From Hormiphora californensis (lineage: Eukaryota > Animalia > Ctenophora), in contig CM035350.1 of assembly GCA_020137815.1 (NCBI GenBank), forward strand, positions 1,178,001-1,242,000: 64,000 nucleotides of DNA. Direction: 5' to 3'. The notes under the pieces are model-generated. The model did not search any database, was not told where the DNA came from, and was given only the letters and a program-made list of their open reading frames with translations. Below are positions 15,356-53,278 of this stretch, piece after piece (position 1 is the stretch's first letter; each line of letters starts with the position of its first letter). Made by a program: the position numbers and the translations under genes.

Positions 15356-17803
15356 ATGTCGGATGGACTTATCCGAAATGAGGAACTCCCTGAGCCGACA
15401 ATATCACCTGAAGTCGCAATATCACCTGAAGTCGAAGAACCAAATGATATCGACAAATCATCACCAACGGGTAAACAGTACGTATAAATCGATTTTATGA
15501 AGGAGCACTGCTAGCTGGCTAGCTACAACCATACATTTTGCACCTTAGTTTGCACTATTACAATAGCTTTGTTTGTTTCATTGTTCTGCTGCCAGCTCAG
15601 AATCTGAAATGCACGAAGATGGTGCAGAAGACGAAAGTGAAAAAGATAATGGGTGTGTACTTCCCCTATTTGTTTTTGTGTATTTCTTCAACTTCCTAAT
15701 TTCAGACACGACATCTCCGATCTCATAGAAGATATTGGGTATGGTCCGTACCATTGGAAGGTCATCGTTGCGATGGGGATGATGTCTTTTTCTGACTCAA
15801 CAGAAATATGGATCATCTCTCTGATAACATGTGAGTGATCTGTGATATTCAGTAGAACTCAGATCCTAGCCGAGAGTTTGATCATACAATTATACCAGCC
15901 TGAAAACCCGACAATTTTCAGATGAAATTGTTTGTGAGTGGGGTATCAGCTCGCTAGAAGAGGCCCTGATTCCTGGACTTGTGTTTTTGGGAATGGCTAT
16001 CGGCAGTTTTAGCTCCGGAATCTGGTCTGATAAATATGGCAGAAAGAGGGTAATGGTGATAGTCTACTACTGCTTTGCAGTTTTTGCCATCGCATCAGCC
16101 TTTGCTTGGAGCTATATCAGTTTCCTGATTCTGAGAGTCTGCGTAGGTAAGCTAACCAGGCCATGGACGTTTCTGGCCATACCACTATTATAATACCAGA
16201 CACCATAAACTTAGATGAACCGTATTATTTAGATCAAACTATTTTCAGGGTTCTGTATCGGTGCAAATTACGGCATATCGATTTGTTATAGTGCTGAGAT
16301 GGTACCCCTTGCTAGGAGAGGATTCAACCTTCTACTACTGGATCTCATCTGGGCGTTTGGTTAGTTTTTGCTTCGTTACAAATCGAATTGTTGTTAGCCC
16401 CAATTACTGTCAAGTAATGGCCAATCTTTCCAGGGGGTGTCTACATCTGTCTGTGTGCCTTTTTCCTAATGGATTATCCAGGAGGATGGAGGTGGGTGAT
16501 TATCATGGCTGCTGCTCCCTGTATCATCAGCATTCCTATCCTACACTACTGTGACGAGAGTGTCCGATATCTGATGATGAAAGGTAACCATGGTTCAAGT
16601 GTGTACTAGATAGTGATTCTGAAAACGATTTAATAATGAATCCTAATAATAATGCTGATAGGTAAGACAGATGAAGCATTAGCGATTATGCAAACGATGG
16701 CAGAGAAAAACGAAAAGCCGCCTATCGAGGGAAGTCTGAAACCAGTGAATACCTTCGTTGCTAAATGGAGCGACATTTTCCAACAGCCTTACACCAGGTA
16801 TGTCAGTTTATTATTTGCACTAGTTCGAGTTGCGTAGCTAGACTGTGTTTCGCACGCCCGTCCCCAAAGCACACGTCCCTTTACAAATGTAAAGGGAGGG
16901 TTAGAACATAACAAATTTCGAGCTGACATAATGCCTTTCTTGCAGGAGATCAATTTTGATCATCATTATCTTCGGTTCCATTGTCTGGGTTTTCTATGGG
17001 TTCCTCTACCTTTTACCTGACATGATGTCCTACGGGTACTGCGACCTGTCTCAGTTCTTTGAAGTGACATATGTAGATGAAAATGGTTGCACAGAGTACA
17101 CCAAATCGGAGTTCCTGTTCCTTGCCGTGGTGAACATTCTCTACATTCCCAGGATACATCATATCTCCAATAACAGCAGGTCAGTACATTCAGAGGGTGA
17201 ACTTGGCTGGTTATTTAAACAGCTGGTTATAGTCTAAACCATTTCTTTTCAGAACACTGGGGTAGACGGCCCACGTTATGGTACAGTTTCTGGGGAGGAC
17301 TACTATTCACTGCCATGATGCTAATCTGTTTTGGAGCCGTTGTACTCTACATAGAGCTGTTTATTGTGGTCAATATGTACGCCATTGCCATAGCAACAGT
17401 GTGGCTCTACACGCCGGAGTGCTACCCCACCTATCTTCGGTAAGTTTCAAGATGTTACCTTCCCTAATCAGATCAATAAGACCTAAGTTCTTTCAGATCT
17501 ACCGCTACCGGTACCCACAACGGCTTTAGCAAGATTGGAGCTGCTGCAGGAACCTTTCTCACGGAATACATAGACAGTTTCAACCTAAAGTTATCCATCA
17601 TAATATTCTGTGTAGTTCTCCTGATATCAAGTATAGCAACCCTGTTCCTTCAACATGAGACCATGGGCATGTCACTCAAAGATGATGTGGATGTTGATCC
17701 CGTCAGGACGCCCAGCGAAGAAGAAAAGGGAATTGAACTTGAAGGCCGACAACAATATGGCACTAGTCCAACGATGACAAGACGATCAACTTCAGCTCAT
17801 TAA
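15356..17803 (+). CDS. SVOP/SV2-related MFS transporter, tandem copy 2 (one apparent +1 frameshift at ~17149, probably a sequencing error)
   Basis: Same motifs as copy 1 (EDIGYGPYHWK, GIWSDKYGRKR, LYTPECYPTYLRSTATG). Reads ATTCCCAGGA where copy 1 reads ATACCAGGA. Stop TAA at 17801-17803. Confidence 0.85.
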
Positions 17804-18091
17804 ATTACGTTTGCGTTAACTGTTAAATATTGTTTCCTACTGTATTGACTATTGAAAGTTTTCTTAACTGTGCCGTAGTTTTAAAAACTGTCCTACTCCT
17901 ATCGGATTCAAAATAAATACTGTCAGCCATCGCCATCGCACTGATCCTTTCTCATGTGCTTTGCTCAGTAGTTGGAGCGAGGAGAGCGCTTCAAGCATCA
18001 CGATTCAAGCTGACAGGACGAATACGGGAATTGTAAAATTGTATCTTTTCAAATTCAAATTCAAATTTAAACTCTTTTCCAATGATTTTCA

Positions 18092-20207
18092 TGAGGCAAC
18101 TCCGCCCGCGGTACAATTCAGTTGGTTTGGTATTTCTCGCGGTGGTGGAAGAGAGTTTGTTTCAGACATTGAAAACAGGGAAAACAAAGAATTCATTGTT
18201 TTCCCTGTGTTCAATGTCTGAAACAAACTCTCTCCCACCACCGCGAGAAATACCAAACCATTATTATTATTATTATTAAATCTTGTATACATAATACATA
18301 ACGCTTCTTTCTTGTAAGCTATACGGAATTAACAACTGAAAAGATTCACTGCTGATTAGATTCTATGCTCTTGATTTCTCTAAACTTAGTGATAAGTATA
18401 TATATATATATATATGTATTATATTATATTAGTGCTGTAGTAATATAATAGTTGTAACAGATAATGATAAATACAGTTAATAAATTAAGTAATGTAATAA
18501 GTTAATAAGATAACGATAGTAATAATGGTTAATTAAGCTATGTAATGTAGTAGAAAAAAGCTACATTACTAGGCTATAGTAAAAATAGTAAAAAAGATTA
18601 TTTTCACGGAATCACACGTAATTTAAATTTTAAGACGAAAATTTAAGATTTTGAAGTAGAAAACTTAAGACTAATTTAGGACTAATTTAAGACTTAATTA
18701 AGACTAATTCAAGACTAATTTAAGACATCATCCTATCTGATCTATGCGGTGATCAGGAAGTCGATGCTATCTACTTAGATTTTAGTAAAGCATTTGATTC
18801 CGTGGATATCAATGTATTGCTAGCTAAATTGAGGCGATATGGTATTGGAGGTCAACTCCTTCAGTGGATCAGTGCGTGGATCCTGGGCAGAAATCAGTGT
18901 GTAATGGTGGATGGAGTGAGGTCACCCTGGGCCGAGGTACTTAGTGGGGTTGCCCAGGGTAGTGTGCTCGGACCACTTCTTTTCCTCATATATATTCTTG
19001 ACCTGGAGTCAGTGCTAGACGGTAGCATGTGTCTAACTTTTGCTGACGATACTAAGTTGGTAAAAGCTATTTCGGATATGTCTAGCCAGGCGTGCCTACA
19101 GAACGATCTTTTAAGAGTGGCAGAATGGGCAAAGAAGAACAATATGAAGTTACATGAGGATAAATTTCAGCTCTTGAGCTATAGTCTGAATAAGTCTGCT
19201 ATCCTCAGACAGTTTCCTTTCGCAGCTGAAGTGTTTTCATATACTACAAGCTTAGGTGTGCAGTTGACCCCCGAACCTGATGTTCGTGATCTGGGTGTCC
19301 AGATGTCTGCAGATGGGTCATGGACGAGGCACATTTCTATCATAGTGCGGAAGGCTTCCCTCTTGAGTGGCTGGATATTCAGCGTTTTTCGGGACCGTTC
19401 TCCGGAGGTTATGGTACAGCTTTTCAAGTCCTTGGTCAGGCCTATTCTTGAGTACTGTTGCCTAGTCTGGAACCCTTCCAAGGCTGGTGATATCAAGGCT
19501 ATTGAGAATGTCCAACGTTGTTTCACCAGACGTCTTGATGGTATGCAGGGTCATGACTATTGGGATAGACTGAAATTGCTCAATCTTATGTCCCTTCAGC
19601 GTCGGAGACAGCGCTACATTCTGATTCATGTGTGGAAGACGATTCATCGTTTTGTACCTAACTCTGCCAACCTAGTATTTCAACAGCACGCTAGACTGGG
19701 TATGCGGATAGTCCCACCACCTTACCCCTATAGAGCAGAAACGAAACGAGCTAATCAATTTCACTGCTCATTTGGTCCAAGAGCAGCTCATTTATGGAAC
19801 ACTCTACCTGCTGCTGTCAATTCTTGTGTGAGCTTGAATCAGTTCAAATCATCATTGGGCAATTACTTGACAGGATTTCACGATCGTCCTCCAGTCAGAG
19901 GGTACCCGCCACTTCCAAATGACCTTTCGCCTCAATGTGCTGTGCTGTGCTGATGAGTGTGAGTGTGAAGGGATAGTTTTTCAACTTGATTTTATTTAGG
20001 TGGACCCATTCAGGGAAGGCCTGTTTCTTTATAAATAAAACTTTAATTGTAATTGTAATTAATTGTAACTAATTAGAGACTAATTTATGACTATGAAGCT
20101 TGGATAACTAATTTACCTATTAAATAAAGTATAAACTTACGATAACTGCTACGTTACGTCAATAGATTATCATCAAATGTAGAATTCTCTAATATACCAA
20201 ACCAACT
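18092..20207. mobile_element. Unclassified non-autonomous element with a 138-bp internal hairpin, asymmetric 14-bp inverted repeats and 12-bp flanking direct repeats; hosts a LINE
   Basis: caatgattttca at 18080-18091 and 20208-20219; agttggtttggtat (18120) / ataccaaaccaact (20194-20207); hairpin 18123-18260; (att)n and (gactaatttaa)n inside. Confidence 0.6.
18724..20067 (+). mobile_element. 5'-truncated CR1-group non-LTR retrotransposon (RT C-terminal half, uninterrupted frame 18724-19953)
   Basis: DAIYLDFSKAFDSV, SGVAQGSVLGPLLFLIY, FADDTKL, VRDLGV, LVRPILEYCCLVWNP, LMSLQRRR; (TAATTG)n-like tail at 20044-20067. Confidence 0.92.
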
Positions 20208-20835
20208 CAATGATTTTCAATAATAAAAGCGCTATTTGCAAGCAAAATGACAGTTAATCACTTTTGACTTTTCGGTCCTTTTTGGCCTTATCTCATATAC
20301 GCGAAAAGTAATAAAAAGCTGAAATGGTACCGGTTATGTGGAAGGTTTTCCGGAGTTAATTGATAATAAATGTACATTTTTTCTGGCTCTACCGCTATTC
20401 CGATAGCGGATAGGGTCCCTGCCCCCTGGTTAGGGTCCCTGGTTGGTAGAATATCGACGATAAAGCAGTAGACAAGTGAGACCACTGTACATCATTCAAA
20501 AAGGAACTGCCTAAGCAACCCCTAAGCAACTCGAGAGGTCTGAATTGCAAAGAAAACGTTATTTTTAAGTTTTTACTTTTTAGTTTCAAAATTTGAAACT
20601 TTCAAGCTCTGAAATTTAGAAATCTTTGAAACATCGCGCGCAGCGCGGTATTTCAAAATTATTCGCGCGTTCCAATTAAAATCTTAAAATACGATCTTTA
20701 TTTATTTTTTAAAGCGTTGCAACGCGAACGAATTTTTCTTCAGAAATAAATTTATCTTTTAAGCGTTTGAAGCCTCCGCCCCCGCCCTCCAGCCTGCAGG
20801 AATCAGGAGGCGAGTGGCGGTGGCCAACAGGCCCT

Positions 20836-20906
20836 AGGGCCTAGAGGACTAGTGGCGTAGGACTATGGGACTAGTGGCGTAGGACTAGGGGACTATTGGC
20901 GTAGGC
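20836..20906. repeat. Short degenerate ~21-bp tandem repeat (ggactagtggcgtaggacta...)
   Basis: Three copies visible directly upstream of the SINE. Confidence 0.75.
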
Positions 20907-20925
20907 CTGGAATCTGGAGAAATCT

Positions 20926-23900
20926 GCGGCTGGGTGGTGTAGCGGTTACACGTTTCAAACTTTTCAACACTACTTTAAACAAATTAATTTGAGTTTCAGG
21001 AAGCATGACTCAATGACCCCCCTCGGACCGCTGACGAGATCTGAAGCAAGGAGAACAGAAGAAGCTATGGCCCAGTCCGTTCAAGATGGCATACAGTGGA
21101 AGTTGACGTGCCTAAGATGTAAGCCGAGATCCTGATGACGAAACAGTGCTGTGAGTAAAAGGGGATGTGTTGGCTGTGTCCCCCGATGCTACCAAGAAGT
21201 AGAGCAGTGTAACCTAGCACTAGAGCCAACTCTCGATGATCGCTGAAGAAATTCCAAGATGAAATTCTGGCCACCGTTTCCGTGACGGTTGCAGAGAATC
21301 TCCAACACAATGAAGCCTAATTCGAAGCCTGCTACTGATGCACAACCAAACGTGAGTTATTCCCAAGTCGCAAAGAAGAACCTAGCACCAGCTAGGCTTA
21401 CAATCGCTGAAGAAGATACCGAAACGGCCAGCTCTATTTCAAGAAGATCCCAACAGAGTATGAAACAACAAAGTGACGGATCTGTACAATACTGGTTTCA
21501 AAAGTGCTAATGAAATGAACAGTGCAGCTAAAAGAGTAACGGAGAATATTGGAGTGACGAAGTTTGTCCATGCACCAAAACATCTCTGTTAGAGGAGCAG
21601 ATGTATCGTTTATCTCCTGTACATGTGACCGATAGAATGAGACAGATACAATGATTTAGATTCGATAGTTGATTTGAACCCAATGATTGCCGAGATGGTG
21701 GAAATGGCGAAGAGATGTCCGAAGTTTCGTTTCAGAGACATAACCGTAATGTGAATGAAGCCACTATTGGGTTGAAGGTCAGTAAGCCCTGGGCGACCTG
21801 ATTCTTAGTAGGGGTTCCATTCATGTTGGCAGTTATAAACTGCCATGTAGAAGAGAGAGTGTTTGTAAAGCAATGTTATAAGTGTCAGCGTTATGGACAC
21901 TTAGCAGCTGATTGTGAGAGAGTGAACCAACATTTTTCCGGTGTTTTCTGAGAATCATATTGGAAAGAGTGCCCTAGTAAGAGCGATAGATCTTGCTTCA
22001 AGTTCTAACTGTGCTAAATCATCTAACCCATCCATTCAAGCAGGTCACATGATCACAACGCCGCCGCCCCACATTGCCCAATCCGTCTCCAGTACCTATC
22101 AAAAAACTAACGTGTCCAAAAGGCTTGAAGTTTGGTCTACTCAACTGCTTCTCTCTAAGGAACAAAGCAATTGATGTCTTGGAACTTGCAGTGATAAGAC
22201 TTGGAAATTTTTGCTCTTACTGAAGTGGATGAAAAAAGATGATGGTGCCCTCTTGCTCTTGTCAAAGATGCAGGCTTCACATTGGTCGCAGCCACGCAAG
22301 GCGAGGAGGTTGGTGTAGCTATCATTACCAGAAAGAGGACAAAACGAGCAAATACTCACCAAATTCAAACAGTTCGAATGTCTCGAGGTTTGCTCAAGGA
22401 ACCCACTAACACTCAATAGTTGTTGTTTATCGTCCTGGGACTTCAGGCCAGTTTACTATTTTTTTAGACGAACTAGAGGACCTGTTTCTGAAGTTAGCGG
22501 AAAGGAAAGAACGATGCCTGATTGTGGAGATTTTAACACCTGTTGAGATGATACGGACCCCCAAGCCCGGAAATTCAAGGAACTTCTGAACCAGTTTGGT
22601 TGGAAAAATCAGATAACAGGCCCGACTCATGTTAAAGGAGGGACGCTGGACCTGATCCTTACCCAAGAAAAGGAAATATTTCCATCCGCTCATCTGATAA
22701 ATACCCCATTCTGTAGCCGACTTGAAGAATCGGCAGAGGAACAGGTACCAAGTATGTTTCTGGGACTTCCTGATGGTATTGAAATTACTGACATAGATTC
22801 ATATCCTGTCCCTCCTGCACCAGACCATTTTATCTAGTGCATGTATGGCAGGTATACCACTAAAAAGTGAAGATGGAACAGGTGATACATGGCAGAATAA
22901 TCAAAGCGTTGACCCAATGGATCTACGTGACCTCATACGTAACATCCAAACTTGCTAAAATCCTACCAACTGACCAAGTAATGTGTTTAAGTTGTATAAC
23001 ACACTCTTCGTCAATTATGGATGATTTGCACACTGAAGAGAAAGAAGATTAAGAATCCTGACCAAACCTCAATGGATACGAACACGAGAATGCCAACATG
23101 CTCGCCGAAAAGGAGAGGAGCAGAGAGACGCTGGAAATCTGCCCGATTAAAGAAGACCGACCCCAAGAAGCTTACAACGAATTCCACTGCTGGAAAAGTT
23201 ACCGGTAAGTTCGCATCTAAGGTACTTCGCAATGCCAGAGTCACCTTCTTTAGCAAAAAACTTGATGGACTCAAAGGTGATCCAAAAACCACGAATCGAG
23301 TAGTCAATAGCTTGCTTGAAAAGGAAAGACCCCGTCAACGTTACCATCAAACAAGGAGCTATACCACAATCAACCAGATTTAACGAGTTCTTTAAATCGA
23401 AGGTAAACAAAAATCTACTCTGAGATTGAAGCTGAGACGTGCCGATGCCCACACCCATCCTACACCAACAGCTTGCACATCTTCGCTTACTAAGTTCAGG
23501 CCAGTAACTGATAGGAGTTGGTCAGAGTTATCCGTGACATGAATAAGAAACACTGTCACTGGACCCAATGCCTCAGTATGTAGTAGGGCGCTTCCTGAGC
23601 TTATTCCTGCACTGTCCCGGATTGTAAACGATACCTCACTAAAGTGTTTTTCCAAAAGACTTTAAAAAGCCATTATTTCGACCCATCGTTTTAAGGTAAA
23701 GATCTGGACTCTGAACATTTTAAACAGTTACCCGCCAATAAGCAAACCTTAGTTTTTGTCTCGAAAATTTGTTGAAAAGGTTGTATCAATACAGCTGATC
23801 GAATACCTAGAGGAAAACAAGCTCCTACCAGCTAAGCAATCAGCATACCGGAGGTACCATTCCGTGTGAAACACACAACGCTGAAGATATTCAACGACAT

Positions 23901-25997
23901 CCTTCTCCTTATGGACATTAAATCAAAGGTTATTCTTCGCTGCTTGACCTATCTCGGCCTTTGACACCGTCAGCATTCCACCCTGTTAGATAAACTACGT
24001 ATTAGCTATGGTATCAAACTGACTGCGTTGGAATGGTTTCGATCCTATCTTACAGGTAGATGACATCTGTGAATATGGGAAGAGAACTCTCCATCAATCG
24101 AATTGATATTGAGTGCCACAAGGGTCTATCCTCGGACCGATCTTGTTTATTTATGTATACTCGAGAGCTCCAGGATATTGCGGTATATATGGCCTACAAG
24201 TTCACATGTATGCTGATGATACCCAACTCTATGTTAGCTTCAACAAAAGGACCAAGACAGTATCTTTGAGAACGTCAAAAAATGCCTGCAACACATTAAA
24301 TGGTGGATGAAAACGAACTACCTGAAACTGAATGCAGGTAAAACTGAGGTGCTTTTTATCAACAACAAGGCTGATAGACACCGAACCCTATGTCATCCTT
24401 CTTCAAGAAGAACGATGATCAGCCGACTGAACCATCCACAGAAGCTCGTAATTTGGGAATATGGTTTGATCAAACCCTCTCCATGTCATCACACGTATCC
24501 CGAGTTATACAGTCTTGTTGGAGTCAGCTGGCGAACCTGTGGAGGATTAGAAAAGGGACTCCTGTGGAACTAAAAACTCAGCTTGTTCATTCACTTGTTC
24601 CATTCCAGGCTTGATTTTGGTAATGCATTGTTAGAGGACTCTCAAAGCGTATCTACAAAGACTGCAAAAGGTGCAGAACAGTGCTTACCAGATTCATCTA
24701 TGGCTCAAAGGTAGACGTGGTGTTTCTGAATGAGGATGAAACTTCACTTCTTGCCGTTGAGCAAAAATCGAGTTCAAAATTCGCCTCTTGGTCTACAAAT
24801 GTCTCTTCATGGACTTATGCCTGAGTATCTCTCGGAATGAATTACACGCAGACACCAAGACGAAAAGTTCGTCTTGATAGGACCTGACCCTATTGGAAAG
24901 ACGCCATGACTACAAATATCTTAGTACACAGAAGGCTTTCATTGTATGTGCTCCTAAGATATGGAACAAGCTGCCCCAGGAATCTAAGAGAAGCGACATC
25001 TCTCGAAATGTTCAAGACAATGTTGAAGTCTTACCTTTTCGCAATCGCCTATCCTGATTGTAAAAAGGCGCCTGGAACCCGAGGACGAAAACTAGAATTC
25101 TAAACTCTCCTGTCATAATGCTCCTAAACTGAATCTAAAGACAAGACCCAAAGGCAAGACCAAAGACAAGGCATCATCCATATCACCACACTATATTATG
25201 TTATCATAATACTATTTTAATCTCAATCAATCAATCAATTTAATAATTTTTAATCAATTTTCTATGCTTTTTATTTTTATTTTTTAACTGTATCATCTCA
25301 ACCTGACTCATGCACCCAGTCCTACGGGCGACTTATTTTATTTAACCTCCTTCTTATCTTTACCCAGCATTTTCCCACCATCCCCTTTTTTTATTTTTAT
25401 TTAGTTGTCAAACTGTTATCAAGCACATTGTCCCTCACTTAGCCCTTTTTATTACATCTATTTTATACCATCAACTTATTGTTATTATTTTATTATCTAA
25501 TCATCTTTTCTCTAATTATTTATCTTTCATCATTTATTCATAGTAAGCATATTTAGGCTTTATCTGGCTTTGAGATGGCCGCTTAGACGCGGTGAGGTCT
25601 TAACAATTCTCGGTGTTCTTTTATGTTATATCTATTAGTTCGAGTAATCGAGTAGTGGACTATCTAATTTAACGCATGATACGCGAGCGGGATATAAATG
25701 TTTGATATATTATTATTATTATTACACACTCGCTTCTCATGCAGAAGGTCCCGGGTTCGAATCTCAGTTCGGGATCTGATGCATGCCGTCTAGTTGACCG
25801 AGCTATAAATTGGTACAGCTTCGGAGTTCGGCTGGAAAGTCACACTCCCCTGCCCAGTGCCCGTAGGACGTAGGTCTGGCCCCCTTACTGTAAGTTTAGT
25901 ACCTCGGACCTCGGTACGGAGTGGCTTAGGGCTATGAATCGGAGATAAGCACCGCCGGCTTACTCAGTGATTGAGAGAGACCCACCACTTGACTTGA
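20926..25997 (+). mobile_element. tRNA-derived SINE (~296 bp reconstructed: 20926-20951 + 25728-25997), interrupted by a LINE
   Basis: A box TGGTGTAGCGG at 20935-20945, B box GGTTCGAATC at ~25754; the joined head resembles tRNA-Val; (CTTGA)n tail; 12-bp TSD ctggagaaatct at 20914-20925 and 25998-26009. Confidence 0.88.
20952..25721 (+). mobile_element. Full-length L2-like non-LTR retrotransposon (ORF1 with zinc knuckle; ORF2 endonuclease + RT), heavily frameshifted
   Basis: ORF1 QCYKCQRYGHLAADC (~21870-21915); endonuclease remnants (VVYRP, GDFN, PTHVKGGTLDLI); RT PQGSILGPILF, YADDTQLY, NYLKLNAGKTEVL, ARNLGIWFD; (ATT)n tail; ttacac duplicated at 20946-20951 and 25722-25727. Confidence 0.9.
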
Positions 25998-26254
25998 CTG
26001 GAGAAATCTCGGAAATGTTAATGTCGGGACAGCCTGAACTGTTAATCCAATCACAGCACAGAACAGGTCCAGCGCCGGGCACCAGTGACCCACGAGTCAT
26101 AGGAGCTGTTCTGAGCACCGATAACAGGAGGCACCCCAATATCAATTTATTATCATGCATGAGTGGCTCACCAGTGGTATCGATGGATCCCCTACTACTG
26201 GTCGCTGTCCTCTCTCTGACTCCATAGTCTACCATAAAATAGTTCAATAGCGCC

Positions 26255-26332
26255 CCACATCCAAGAGCGCACCAAATCCAGAAGATACCAAATCCAAGAG
26301 CCCACCACATCCAAGAGCCCACTCCAAGAGCA
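26255..26332. repeat. Degenerate ~17-bp tandem repeat (ccacatccaagagc)
   Basis: About 5 imperfect copies. Confidence 0.7.
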
Positions 26333-26702
26333 GTATCTTTTTGATGGGGAACTTTCTTGGTATCGAGTGGTCTCTTCTGAATCTGGTGCACTCATGAACT
26401 TTTTATGCTGTTATGGTACACCGTACACTATGTGTCACCTGTGAGACGTGAGTCTCTTGGATGCCTTTGAATTTTTACTGATTGGAATATTCATTATTCT
26501 ATCTTCAACAACAAAACCATTAAGTTTTGTGTTTGCCAATCATTTCAGATCTCAAATCTATGATATTTAATTTCATCTGCTCTCCCTCTCTCTCTCTCCC
26601 TCTCCTTGATCTAAATGTATGGCAGATTATGTAGACATTGCAATTGGTTTGTACGAGTCGTTACTTGAAACGATTAGCTCTTCAAACAGCGATTGAGAGA
26701 GG

Positions 26703-26763
<61 letters not shown>

Positions 26764-27252
26764 AGAGGAAGAGAATAATAAATGGATAGTCAATGAGATA
26801 CATTGGTTCTTTGAATACTCTCGGTATCATCATACGTCGCTATTTTACAACAAGCAGCCAATTTTGGCCATTTAATTGACTCCGGAATGTTGCAGACGAC
26901 ATGCGAGAGGATGGATATATCACAGTGTATTCAAATTATATGGACACGTGTGATTATTCTTCTAATCAAAATTCGCCACAGTAAACAGCACGTGTTTCTG
27001 CTTTCCTTACTTCTATACTTTTACAATCTGAAAAGTTATCCACCCCCTGTTTATATGATGACTTGTGAAGGGGGCCACTCCACCGCTGTTATATGACCTC
27101 ACCCCTCATTACAGAGTATCACTTTTATTGGGCAGCTTCCTTGTCATCTCACTTTGTTAGATGTAACTCCCCTGATGTCACTATCAATACAACCAATATC
27201 ATGATATTGATAACCACTCCCCCAACCCACTGTAGAAGGGCCACTGCAGCTG

Positions 27253-51971
<24,719 letters not shown>

Positions 51972-52664
51972 GTAAGTGTTACACATGAGACAACCACCCC
52001 TAGTGTTACACACCACGTGTGCACCACGTGTAGGGGGTGTCACGTTTTAGCGTGCAACAGTATTATAGGACATGTTGTACGCGGGTGTTGTTGTTTGCCT
52101 TCTCTCGCGCATGACAAGGCTTTACTTGTTATACGAAGCGCGGCCAGGACTCGTCTATGTCTATATCGCTATACGAAGCAGAGGGCCCTTTTTTGGCATG
52201 TAAAATATACAACGTGGGCAGTCTATTCATTGACCAGCAGGGGCCGCATATCCCCCACACACTATATTATATTGATCATTGATCAGCAGCGTTATACACG
52301 TCCAGTCAGCCAGCTCTCCTCACAAGCAGCAGTCGGTCTTTCCTTTGTCACCTTCTCCTCGGTCTATCTAACTGGCCAGCTGGGTTAACTTGATTGGAGA
52401 CCGGATTTCCGCCTCACTAATACCCACCCACCACCCTGAATATGCGCATCTGCACTGTAAATTCCAACACACACCCCCTCATGATGCGGCCCGTGTGTGT
52501 TGTTGTTGTGAAAAGAGACCGTGCCATCAGCTCTTTCTAGGCTACTCCGGACCCGCTCCATGTGTGCTTGCGAAGTGAATCATGTTGGAATTTATGTCCG
52601 TGATATTTGAATATTAAAATATTATATGTTGAATCTTTCTCGGAGCCCCTTCTCTCAATATTTT

Positions 52665-52786
<122 letters not shown>

Positions 52787-53130
52787 AGCATTTTACTCTT
52801 TTTGTCTCAATATCTTGATCCTTGTTCTATCTCTCTCTCTCAACATCTCCATCATGCGTTTTTCTTTCTAATCACCAATCATGTTTTAAAATTCTTGACA
52901 GAATTCGTTCCTCTTTGACTCCGTGATGTTCCTCAGTCTTCTATATTAATCAGTTTTATCAAGCTATAGATCGGCTATCATTCTCCCACACACAGATATC
53001 TCTGCTTGACCATAAAGTGTATGCTCATAAGCTAGGGACGCATAATATGTCGCGCAGGTCCATATATGGATTTCAATCATTCTCTGCTGATGTTCGCTCG
53101 CTGTCTCCCTTTGTCATATATAATTCTCTC

Positions 53131-53278
<148 letters not shown>

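Noticed and set aside
19950-19985. Hammerhead ribozyme (ctgatga motif after the LINE stop codon)
   Set aside because: No matching GAAA core or flanking stems found.
20926-25775. Functional (split or intron-containing) tRNA gene
   Set aside because: Acceptor and anticodon stems do not pair properly; it continues into a SINE body with tail and TSD, and the interruption is a LINE.
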